Shown here one piece after another: positions 1 to 9,259 of a stretch of 64,000 nucleotides of DNA. The stretch is from NCBI GenBank assembly GCA_963726195.1, contig CAVSBO010000003.1, forward strand, positions 192,001 to 256,000, given 5' to 3'. Made by a program: the position numbers and the translations under genes. Each line of letters begins with the position of its first letter. Position 1 is the stretch's first letter. Under the pieces are notes generated by a model, which was not told the origin of the DNA, did no database searches, and worked only from the letters and a program-made list of their open reading frames with translations. The DNA comes from Candidatus Thorarchaeota archaeon. GTDB lineage: Archaea > Asgardarchaeota > Thorarchaeia > Thorarchaeales > Thorarchaeaceae.

Positions 1-1
1 C

Positions 2-313
2 AACTCATCCGACGAAAGCGTGTTTGACAGAGTGCCCTCCTTCTCAAAGAAGGAACTTATGTCGAGATGGGCAGAGCTGGATTGACGACTCGGCCGCTTG
101 GTAGAAGAGATACCTCAGGGGAAAATCAGCGTGAGCCATATCTCCGAGAAACCCTTTGAACTGGACGCACTAGACTTCTACCTTCAGTACGTGATTCATA
201 CAACACACCATCGGGGACAGCTTGCCATGACGCTCAGGGCCTTAGGCATAGATGTCATTGGTACTGACTATATTCTGTTCCTGTCAAGAGATGCTGAAGA
301 CTGGGTCCATTAG
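2..313 (+). CDS. DinB/YfiT-like protein, 5'-truncated by the window edge, with an in-frame TGA at 83-85
   Basis: C-terminal YVIHTTHHRGQL..LR.LG motif typical of DinB family; the frame from base 2 reads ...KELMSRWAELD*RLGRLVEE. Confidence 0.75.
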
Positions 314-459
314 AGGAATTCGTAGACGAGCATTGTTGTTGCGTCCACTGGTGGACACAAGCTGCGGTCTCATTCCAACTGAATCTCTGCGGAAAACGTC
401 ATTGCGGTCTCCTTATCTGTGAATCTGAAGACGAACAGATATTCTGAGCGGTGAGCTCT

Positions 460-1427
460 ATGAAAGTCGGAATACTAACGAGCGGTGGAGATTCCCCCGG
501 AATGAACGCTTGCATCCGAGCGATTGTCAGAATCGGGTGTGCACGCGGCTTGAATATCACAGGAATCTATGGAGGCTTTCAAGGCATTCTCAATGAAGAC
601 TATGTTGACCTCACCGCAAGATCAGTGGCTCACATCATCCAACGCGGAGGCACCTTTCTCACTACTGGAAGGTCTGAGGAGTTCAAGACCGAAGAGGGGC
701 TGAAGAAAGCTGCTCACAACTTGGACAAGGCGGGTTTCAATGCGTTGATTGCGCTTGGCGGTGATGGAACAATGCATGGTCTTGCTGCATTGACCAAGTA
801 CTGGCCGCATCAGACACTCGCAATACCAACAACCATAGACAATGATGTGTACGGTACGGATTTCACAATTGGATTCGACACCGCAGTAAACAATGCAATC
901 GAGGCAATCGACAAGATACGTGATACCGCAGAAGCGTTCTCGCGAGTCTTCCTCATTGAGGTCATGGGACGCGACTGCGGAGCCATAGGCGCACACGTTG
1001 GTATTGCTTCCGGCGCCACCGCTATCGCCTTGCCAGAGACCAAAACAGACCTCAATGCCATGGCGAAGAAGCTGAATAGAAGGCCGGGTCCGGGGTAAGT
1101 CAAGTGCGATTGTAATTGTGGCCGAGGGTGACGACGAGGGCCCAGCAGCTGCGATGGCTGAAAAGCTCTCCAAGCTGATTAATGAGAGATGTCGTGTGTC
1201 AGTTCTTGGGTACATTCAGCGTGGCGGTAATCCGACTCGCATGGACAGGATTCTGGCAACCAGGCTCGGTGCGTTTGCAATCGAGTGCCTCCAGAAAGGA
1301 ACCAAGGGAGTCATGCTTGGCGAAATGGGAGGTAGACTCACAACAACCCCGTACGAGCAGACTTGGTCAAAGAAGAAACCGCTTGACGAGTACCTGTTGG
1401 GTTTCATTGATGAGCTTGCAGGCATAG
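460..1427 (+). CDS. pfkA: 6-phosphofructokinase, PfkA family (probably ATP-dependent); two apparent +1 indels (~1078, ~1421)
   Basis: TSGGDSPGMN, GGDGT, PTTIDND, GFDTA, EVMGR in ORF 451-1098; continues as IVAEG..LGYIQRGG..DRILA in the 1118 frame; removing one base near 1421 gives a stop TAG at 1425-1427 at the usual PfkA length. Confidence 0.9.
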
Positions 1428-1471
1428 TTCTTCCTGTTGGTGTTTATCAGTCCTGCCCAGTACTACATAGT

Positions 1472-1957
1472 GTGAGAGATGATACCAGACAAACCAATCT
1501 AGAGGACTTCGATCAGTCTGATGATAGCAAACCTCAGATTGAGTCGCTCCCGCCTCCAGCTGAGAGAAGGACAAGAGCCAAGGTACATCTCTGGCAAAAG
1601 ACTAGACAAGAAGGGGAAGAATGGTGTGTCTGCAATTTTGATGGTACTGTCTTCTTTGCGCAGCTGACAGATGGTGAGATTCATGCCTATGGCATGAAGG
1701 CAGTCTGTAGATGGTGCGGAGACGACCTCGCTGTTCGCGAGGACAAGGTCTTTTGTAATGGAAGATGTGGCAGATACCAAGGACAGTTCTCTCTCGACCC
1801 GAACATGTACCTTCAATGGGAAGGGGCGAAATCCTACACACTAAGGAAGGAAATCGCCCAAGTCGAAGGATTGGAGCTGGAACCTAGAGACCTTGAGCCC
1901 ATCCAATATGCACCCAACTGGTCCGTATTCGATGAGTATGATGAAGACCAAGAATGA
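1472..1957 (+). CDS. Hypothetical Zn-ribbon protein with N-terminal PIP-box-like motif (fused to pfkA in the ORF track, probably artefactually)
   Basis: GTG at 1472; QTNLEDF near the N-terminus; CRWC...CNGRC; acidic C-terminus; unrelated to PfkA. Confidence 0.6.
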   Translation: MRDDTRQTNLEDFDQSDDSKPQIESLPPPAERRTRAKVHLWQKTRQEGEEWCVCNFDGTVFFAQLTDGEIHAYGMKAVCRWCGDDLAVREDKVFCNGRCGRYQGQFSLDPNMYLQWEGAKSYTLRKEIAQVEGLELEPRDLEPIQYAPNWSVFDEYDEDQE

Positions 1958-2018
1958 GAGGCATCTGCACACTCGCTAACATTCATAAACCGGCTTGACG
2001 CCGGAATATCGACACACT

Positions 2019-2717
2019 ATGAGTGAACCAAGGCTCCATCACAGCATGGGCACCTTTTCCATTTTCATAATGCTTGGTGTTTTGATTCTGGCGTTGTTCT
2101 TCCTCCAAGCAGTTGGCTATGCATTCATTCGATTGGGACTGCCTACTTGGCTGGCAATGATTATCGTGCCCGGATCGCTGTTGGGCAGTATCATCAATAT
2201 CCCTCTCGCCACAGTAAACTCGGATGCGACTCCTTGCACAGAGTCGCAGTTTGTTAGTGTGTTTGGTCTTGGCTACAGAGTCGTTTCACCGGATTGCCCA
2301 GGAAAGCTGCAGCTTAGCATAAACGTTGGTGGGGCCATCATCCCCATAGCCGTAAGTGCATACCTGCTTTGGGCGAATCAGAACGTGCTCGTTCCCGCGT
2401 TGATAGCCATCGTCGTTGTGTCGCTATTCGTGCACGCAGTTGCTAAGGTTGAACCGAACGTGGGTGTCGTCACTCCTGCTATTCTACCAGCTCTCGTCGC
2501 AGCGTTTACCACATTCTTACTGATACAGTTCATCCCGAGCTTGACTGCTACGTATGTTGTTGCATATGTTTCTGGCACGTTGGGCTCTCTCATCGGAGCT
2601 GATTTGCTCAATATTGGCAAGTTAGGGATGCTGAGAAGCGGTCGCGCTTCGATAGGTGGAGCCGGGACGTTTGATGGCGTCTTCATCGGCGGGTTACTAG
2701 CGATGTTCTTCATTTAG
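2019..2717 (+). CDS. DUF1614 family membrane protein
   Basis: GSIINIPL, INVGGAIIP, GSLIGADLLN, ASIGGAGTFDGVF motifs; multiple TM segments. Confidence 0.85.
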   Translation: MSEPRLHHSMGTFSIFIMLGVLILALFFLQAVGYAFIRLGLPTWLAMIIVPGSLLGSIINIPLATVNSDATPCTESQFVSVFGLGYRVVSPDCPGKLQLSINVGGAIIPIAVSAYLLWANQNVLVPALIAIVVVSLFVHAVAKVEPNVGVVTPAILPALVAAFTTFLLIQFIPSLTATYVVAYVSGTLGSLIGADLLNIGKLGMLRSGRASIGGAGTFDGVFIGGLLAMFFI

Positions 2718-3600
2718 ACCGGGTTTTCTGTGGGTCTAGCTGAAACAGATGGTAGCTTGCGTCCACATATTCATCTGGCACCACGCCTAGGCTCACAGCC
2801 CACTGCTTGGTTCCAGGTCTAACGAAGAACACCCCTCTGTCAGAATCAGAACCTTCCAGTTTGTCAAGGGCTCTTGCCATGATGTCTATGAATGTCGCCT
2901 GATCGGTACTGAAAATCGAGAATGTCATTATCTTCATGTCGGTTCGTGGCACCGTATTGCCATAGAACAACCCGATGCATTGTCCCTCTTCGTCAATGAT
3001 AGCGCTGAATTCTGTCTGAGCCGCAAGTCGTCTCAAGCCATCCCGTGTCTTGAACTCAAAGTCCCACGCAAAGGGAAGAGTGTCGGTCTCAACGAGCTCC
3101 GGGTTTCGCTTGAGCATATCTTCGAGCCTGTCTGGAGACACAGCCAGAGGAGTGATGAGTGGGCTAGGCTTGGGGTGTGGGGGGAAAGGTTTCTCAATTC
3201 GGAATATGCCAACTGTGTCCGCCATTGCGAACCCGGCTTTGCCTGCGAGGCCCATTGACGCCTCATTCCTGCTGCCAGTTGAATACCACAGCGTTGTTAC
3301 CCGATTGCGTTTGGCTAACCCTATGATATTCAAGACAACGGCCAGACCTAGTCCTTGGCGGTGATGGTCGGCTCTGACTCTGAGACCATTGACCCAGCCG
3401 ATATGAGAATTCGGTACGAGATTGAGAGTGGCGATGGCCACAAGCTCGTCTCGCTCAAACACACCCATTGGGATAGAATCCTTAGAAGTGGCCCATTGCG
3501 GAAACACGTCTGGCACATAGTCATGTTCTTCCAGCGTGGCACAGAGCGCGGTCACCTGTGCATGGTCGGCAAGCTTGAGCCGTCTCAGCGAATTGGTCAC
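2710..3600 (-). CDS. GNAT family N-acetyltransferase
   Basis: GLRVRADHHRQGLG acetyl-CoA motif, N.AS..LA.K.GF. Confidence 0.85.
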   Translation of the reverse strand: MTNSLRRLKLADHAQVTALCATLEEHDYVPDVFPQWATSKDSIPMGVFERDELVAIATLNLVPNSHIGWVNGLRVRADHHRQGLGLAVVLNIIGLAKRNRVTTLWYSTGSRNEASMGLAGKAGFAMADTVGIFRIEKPFPPHPKPSPLITPLAVSPDRLEDMLKRNPELVETDTLPFAWDFEFKTRDGLRRLAAQTEFSAIIDEEGQCIGLFYGNTVPRTDMKIMTFSIFSTDQATFIDIMARALDKLEGSDSDRGVFFVRPGTKQWAVSLGVVPDEYVDASYHLFQLDPQKTRSK

Positions 3601-3693
3601 GTTCCCGGACGCGACCAGTCCACCTTATGAAATGTCCTAATGCGGATTGTTGCCGCACGAAGGAGACGATTCTCGACCATGGACCAAGCTTGG

Positions 3694-4530
3694 CTAGTTG
3701 CCCGAATTTTGCAGTATCAGGCAATAGTGGTGGTGCGTGTTCGAAACATATGTTGTCGGATAGCCCCAGCATCCGAGACGCTTGTTGTCTTGACACCAGA
3801 TTTGCTCCTGCCTGAGCCGATAAAGCCGAGACAGTCTTCGAGCCAAGTCCCAAGCGATGGGTCGCATGATGCCATCAGAATCTAGCATGTTCTGTGCCAC
3901 TACCGTAAGATATGCGCCCTGTTTGAGAAAAGTGTGGACGCAATCGAGAACCTGTCCAACTGCTTCGAGATAATCATCGTATGAAATGATGTTGCCAATG
4001 TCGGTGGACGCCGCGCCATAGACTAGGTCCAAACCTCTTCTACGCCGCTCCTTGTGCGCCGAGTCATTGCCGCCTCTAGACTTGTGAAGCATGTTCCAAT
4101 ATGGGGGTGACGTAATGAGATAGTCGAACTGTGGCGGATTCGCATCAAATGCGCTCTCCAACAGAGATGCCATATGACTAGAGTCACCATTGATGATGTG
4201 GTGCTGTCCCGACCCCGGTGTTCGTTCTACATCCGACTGCCCGATAGAGGCATACTGGTGGTTTAGCTCAATGCCAACGGAGTTCCTACCCAGTGTTTTG
4301 CACGCTACCGATGTGCTGCCCACTCCGGCAAATGGGTCAATCACCCATGCGCCTTCTCTGGTGAAGTATCTCACGAAGCGCGTGACTAGGTCTTCAGGGA
4401 ATTTAGCAGGGTGTTCCATCTGATCCTTACTACGTGAAGGTGGGTTGACAACGAACCAAGACTTGGTCGACTTCACCCATTCCTTTCCTTCCAGATCATT
4501 AAGCCTCGGCCGTGGACTATTGGTGACCAT
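3694..4530 (-). CDS. DNA amino-methyltransferase (N4-C/N6-A type), orphan
   Basis: HPAKFP, motif I DPFAGVGST, motif IV TSPPYW. Confidence 0.85.
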   Translation of the reverse strand: MVTNSPRPRLNDLEGKEWVKSTKSWFVVNPPSRSKDQMEHPAKFPEDLVTRFVRYFTREGAWVIDPFAGVGSTSVACKTLGRNSVGIELNHQYASIGQSDVERTPGSGQHHIINGDSSHMASLLESAFDANPPQFDYLITSPPYWNMLHKSRGGNDSAHKERRRRGLDLVYGAASTDIGNIISYDDYLEAVGQVLDCVHTFLKQGAYLTVVAQNMLDSDGIMRPIAWDLARRLSRLYRLRQEQIWCQDNKRLGCWGYPTTYVSNTHHHYCLILQNSGN

Positions 4531-4568
4531 GTTGTAGCCGCCGAGGCATACTCGCTCCAGAGGATAAA

Positions 4569-6486
4569 TCAAGCTTGCGTTGTTGGAAGCTCAGGAACGG
4601 CGGAGGCTTTGTCGACCATCCTCTGACGTAGTGCAAGCACAACATGAGACACGAGCGCGAAGATGACCAAGAAGACCCCGATAGAAGGCAAAAGCCCTAC
4701 AGAGAGTCCCCAGACTAGCAAGAACACAGCAAAGACTGTTAGAATCGACAACTCTCCATTGACAATGTACCTCTGTGTAGTCTTCTTTTCCCCAATCCTC
4801 GAAAACCAAACCACTAGAGGAAGCCAGAACAGAAGTACAATCCAAAAAGACGCTACGATGCCGAGATTCAACTTCAGTGCAGGACCTGATTTCATCTGAT
4901 CAATTCCGATCAGGAGGGGTATCATGATTGAACCCTGACCCGAAGCGCCATTGCCCCAGATTTGACTAGCGAACTGACTACGCAGGTCGTAAGTGAACCA
5001 TGGAAAGAAGGCACTAGCGAGAACAAGCAAGAATGCAAAGGCATCGGGGTCAGGATATGACCCGTACCTCTTTCGGTCTAACAGAATGGGAAAGGCTGTC
5101 GCTGCTAATCCTATTAGGAACACAGAGATTAACAAATCCCCGATGAAGTCTGCATCCGTCAAGGCTAAACCCAGAATCACAGCGGATGGATATGCTGTGC
5201 TTACCACGATATTGACTGAACCGCCCTGCTCCGAAAGACTTAGCCACATGTACTCGCTAGCATGCCAAGTAATCTCTTGGATGAAGACACAATCGAATTT
5301 CGTCTCCTCTCCGGGCAGGTAAAGGATGAGTGGCGGTCCAATGTAGAAGCTTTCGATGTCATAGTAATCATAGTAGCTTCCGAAACCGTTGAAATAGTTC
5401 ACTTCGTTGCTGGACCCGCCAATAGTGAAAGTTGTGATTCGAAATTCAGGCTGTGAGTCGAACTCTACACTAATGGTTGGTATCCTTGCAGCCACGAAAA
5501 TCGTTCTGTTCTCGCGCAGCTGGAAATAGAAGGAATATGGCGCCCACGGTCCGAAACCTGAGTATGATCTCGGCCAACCCACATTCGCCGAGTAGTTATC
5601 GGGAGGAAAGGTAGAGCGTGTCATTCGCAGACCTTGGCGTGAACACAGCAGACTTCCCATCGCTCTTTCGCGTCAGATTCACGATTGGCGGCTTGACTAA
5701 GTACGCTGAGAACGGGTTGCTGTATATGCTGGAGCCGCTCTCTGTCTGAACATCGATGCGTACGGGACTAAGGTACTCGGAGGAGAAGGCCTCGTAAGTG
5801 AGATTGTGGATGAGCAGAGAGGCCTCGCCTGCATTTGGATTGTTCGGCCCGATGATGACATACAATCGCGTGGCAACGATGAATGAACTCGCGGTCATCT
5901 GAATAGTGCCGGTAGGCATATCCAGCGACATATGCTGCTCCTGTCCGGCCGTAACGTTGATTGAGTACGCTCCGTACTCCAAGTAGTTCCAAAGACTACC
6001 GCTCTTCCATGAAGCATCGAACCGTATGCTGAAGCTGCCAGAAATCGATTTGAGCGCCATTGAAGCAGAGAGCCACATGAGATTCCCGACGGCGATATCC
6101 AACGGGGCACAGTATACGGCCGAACCGCTTTCGAAGTCGGAATAGATTACCCCGTTGGGCCAGCGCAAGTCCACGCGGAGCCCCTGAGCGGTTTCGGTAG
6201 TATTCATGACATAGTTGTCACCGGACACCAAATGCAAACTCGAGGCTAGACAAGTTGGTGAGCCGGTCGTCAAGTAGAAGTGACTGCTCGAGTCACATGA
6301 TGCTTCTTGGACGCTTACTCCTGCTGTGCCCGTCACAGCATCGCCGGCATGAACAAGCACCGCGGGGCTAACGCTGGCATCCAGACCAATTGTGACGAAC
6401 AATCCGATGAAAAACAGTGCTACTAGTATCGGAAATGGGATGTTAAGTGCACGACCGTGACCCGATGTCCAGAAACCCCCTGTCAT
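4569..6486 (-). CDS. Hypothetical exported protein with C-terminal multi-TM domain; +1 indel near 5607
   Basis: ORFs 5596-6594 and 4569-5660 join as NDTLYL-PPDNYSANVGW when one T of a T-run is removed; N-terminal hydrophobic signal, Ser/Thr-rich beta region, about 5 C-terminal TMs. Confidence 0.6.
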
Positions 6487-6773
6487 ACATCCACGTTTCA
6501 ACAGATGCTCAGTCAGGATATAATCAATTCGACTTCTCTGGAGCATATCGATTCCGAGGAGCCGACAGCGTGTTGCGAGATGGAGGAAAGTCATTCGCGA
6601 GCAGATTACGATAATGCATGAATCCTCAGAACCACAACTTAGATGACGAACACAGGGTGGTGTCAGCCTTTACGGGCGGGCCATCGAATGGCGGACAGTG
6701 CGTTTTCCGAACTGGATTTAAGCGACCTCTCTTCAAACCATCACATCAGTCAGGTATGGGAGAAAGCGTCATA

Positions 6774-7622
6774 ATGACGTCAACGGAAAGAGATGATACA
6801 ACTACGCCCGAAAGCGGTATGCCGCCGGGGCGTCCCTCCGAGCATCGTGAACACCATCGCACGCACAGAGAACGAGCAAGAATCAACATATACGGGACCG
6901 TCACCGCATTCATCTTGTGGATAGCGTTCGTCGCGGTCTGGCTTTTCCTGTTTGCAGTGCATTATGACATTTTCAGAAACATTACTCTTAACGCGGCCTC
7001 ATTTCTCCTGATGGGAGGGCTAATTGGTCTCATATGGGCTCCCGGAGAAGCAGGACCGAGAAAATGGGCTTGGAGGATACGGGGCTCGATTGTTTCTGCC
7101 GTTGGCTGGTTGGCATTCGTAATCCTTTGGATACCTTGGCTTGCACACAGATTCGCCCTTTATACAAACGCGGCAATCCTGTTGGCTTCGTCCTTTGCTT
7201 TCATAGCCTTCAACGCGGTCGCATGGGTAGGGGTAATACCAGGTGAAATGGGCACGGGACTGAGAAGAAGAATGGCCGGCAGCTTTGTTGTTGCCCTCGC
7301 GTGGCTTGCTTTCATGGTCATATGGCTGTCCCTCTACGCCGAAGCCTACGGCTATGCTTGGGAGCAGAATCTAGCCATCTTGATCCTTGGTGGACTCCCT
7401 GTCTACCTCATCTTGGCAGGTCTGTGGATACCCTACGCAAAGAGATTCGGAGGTCTCCGCAGGACAGCACCCGAGATTCCGCTTCTATTCGCGTGGCTGG
7501 TCGTGCTTTTCGTGTGGTTCTGGTTCTACGGGAAACCCTTCAATTTCTACCAGAATGCAGCCATCACGCTAGTCACGTTGATCCTGTTCGTTGGAATAGC
7601 CAGAGCTATTGCGAGGAGATAG
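6774..7622 (+). CDS. Membrane protein built of four ~60-aa two-TM repeats
   Basis: Repeated W.(A/V)F...W....A...(Y/F)...N unit four times. Confidence 0.7.
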   Translation: MTSTERDDTTTPESGMPPGRPSEHREHHRTHRERARINIYGTVTAFILWIAFVAVWLFLFAVHYDIFRNITLNAASFLLMGGLIGLIWAPGEAGPRKWAWRIRGSIVSAVGWLAFVILWIPWLAHRFALYTNAAILLASSFAFIAFNAVAWVGVIPGEMGTGLRRRMAGSFVVALAWLAFMVIWLSLYAEAYGYAWEQNLAILILGGLPVYLILAGLWIPYAKRFGGLRRTAPEIPLLFAWLVVLFVWFWFYGKPFNFYQNAAITLVTLILFVGIARAIARR

Positions 7623-7720
7623 CCAAGGACACGTAACCATGCATAACTCTGCTTGATGTATCGGTATTTCCTTGCAGAATTAGGCGCGATTGGGTGCAGC
7701 ACTTTCATTAAGTTTGCCGC

Positions 7721-8302
7721 TCAGCGTTCCATATGCTTGGGACTGACGCTATGCTTCTTTGCAGGGTTCGCTTTTCGTGTTCTTGCTCTTGACAGGATTT
7801 CCCGTGTCATCTTTGTGAAGGCTTCTTCAACATTGAGGTCGTCTTTGGCACTGGTCGACACGACATCGACCTTAAACTTCTGGGCTAATTGCTTCTTCAC
7901 ATCGTCTCCTATGTGACTTGGGAGGTCAACCTTGTTCTCCACCAAGACGAGCGGTATCTTGCCGGTGACTGCAAAGAGCGTAGAGATCCAATCATCGACT
8001 CGGCGGATGGTCTCCGCTCGTGTTGTGTCGAACACGAAGAAGGCCCCTGATGCATTGGAGTAATAGGCTCTTCTTAGCAGAGCGAAATCATCTTGGCCAC
8101 CGATGTCCCAGATGACCAGCTTGATTTGCAGGTCATCAATCTTCACCATCTTCACGTGTACATTTGTCCCGATTGTCGACAGGTAATCGCCCTCGAAGCT
8201 GTCATAGACATACCTGCCCACAAGACTGGTCTTTCCTACGGCCGGCTCGCCTAGAAATACAATCTTGAAGAGGTAATCAACGACATCGGGCAGCGCGAGC
8301 AC
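7721..8302 (-). CDS. Rab-like small GTPase (eukaryotic signature protein)
   Basis: DYLFKIVFLG, G1 GEPAVGKTS, G2 STIG, G3 WDIGGQ, YY..A.G, G4 NKVD, G5 TSAK. Confidence 0.95.
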   Translation of the reverse strand: MLALPDVVDYLFKIVFLGEPAVGKTSLVGRYVYDSFEGDYLSTIGTNVHVKMVKIDDLQIKLVIWDIGGQDDFALLRRAYYSNASGAFFVFDTTRAETIRRVDDWISTLFAVTGKIPLVLVENKVDLPSHIGDDVKKQLAQKFKVDVVSTSAKDDLNVEEAFTKMTREILSRARTRKANPAKKHSVSPKHMER

Positions 8303-8431
8303 TCTCCGGGGACCTTTGGCTCAGAGTCGAAAGTCCGGCTAATAACATTATCGCAAAATCGCGCCAATTCATCGTTATTCGGCAGGCTACGCTCTGCAAG
8401 AACCTCTGCCGCGTTTTACCGAAAGTACAAT

Positions 8432-9259
8432 ATGCTGCATGCATTTGTCTACAACCCGTGGGTCGATATGCAAGTTGGGACGTCTGCGAGAGATAATGAG
8501 CAGGTCAAGAAAGCGGTGGAGTTTCGACCTGATTTTGTGGAGCTGAGAATGGAGACCAACCAGACGCTCGATTTTGCAGGTGCTAAGAAGATGCTATCCA
8601 ACGCCGGCATAAGGTGTACTTTGCACTTGCCGGGCAGCCCTATCTGGGGTCCAATAGATGTCCGAAGAGACATAGTGCCGTACATAGATGTCGGGAGAGA
8701 AGTCGAAGCAGACATAGTGACATTCCACACGACGCTTTCGCCCTTGTTCTATAGCGATGAGAACATAGCTGAGTTTCTTGAGGCGATGCCCATGGCGAGA
8801 GATGCAGCACGCGAGTCTGGTGTCACATTGGCAGCTGAAACCTTAGGGTTATATTCGACTGAACTGACTTTGCTGTTTGAGTCAGACCCTAGTCTGGGCC
8901 TAGCGATGGACTTGGGTCATGCTCAGATTCTTGCAGCGAGGAATCGTGCTTTCACAATAATGGAGTACTTCTTCGACAAAATCATGATGGTCAATGTCCA
9001 TGACAACCATGGAAAGGCCATGACTGATGAGATATTGCATCTCAGATCTCAACGACAAGTGCCACTGGAAGAGATGCGGGAGATTGCTCAGAGATATGAC
9101 ACACATCTACCAATCGGTGAGGGCAGCATAGACTTCAAGGCGATATTCAAGGAACTGAAGCGACATTCATACGATGGCAAGTTTCTGATGGCGTGCAGAG
9201 ACCAGTCTTCGTTCCCCAGTGAGAGAAGGAAGATGATGGATCTCTGGAACAGGACCTAA
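8432..9259 (+). CDS. Sugar-phosphate isomerase/AP-endonuclease-2 TIM-barrel protein
   Basis: FVELR, TLHLP, LAAE, DLGHA, VHDN, HLPIGEGSIDF. Confidence 0.85.
   Translation: MLHAFVYNPWVDMQVGTSARDNEQVKKAVEFRPDFVELRMETNQTLDFAGAKKMLSNAGIRCTLHLPGSPIWGPIDVRRDIVPYIDVGREVEADIVTFHTTLSPLFYSDENIAEFLEAMPMARDAARESGVTLAAETLGLYSTELTLLFESDPSLGLAMDLGHAQILAARNRAFTIMEYFFDKIMMVNVHDNHGKAMTDEILHLRSQRQVPLEEMREIAQRYDTHLPIGEGSIDFKAIFKELKRHSYDGKFLMACRDQSSFPSERRKMMDLWNRT

Noticed and set aside
315-376. SECIS element
   Set aside because: A hairpin is possible but there is no AUGA/GA kink-turn or archaeal GAA/A core
1118-1957. Novel PfkA-Zn-ribbon fusion
   Set aside because: A one-base correction restores a stop at normal PfkA length and a separate GTG start exists at 1472
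3627-3815. Cys-rich small ORF MKCPNADCC...
   Set aside because: Mostly antisense to the methyltransferase 3' end and occupies the likely GNAT upstream region; probably a shadow ORF
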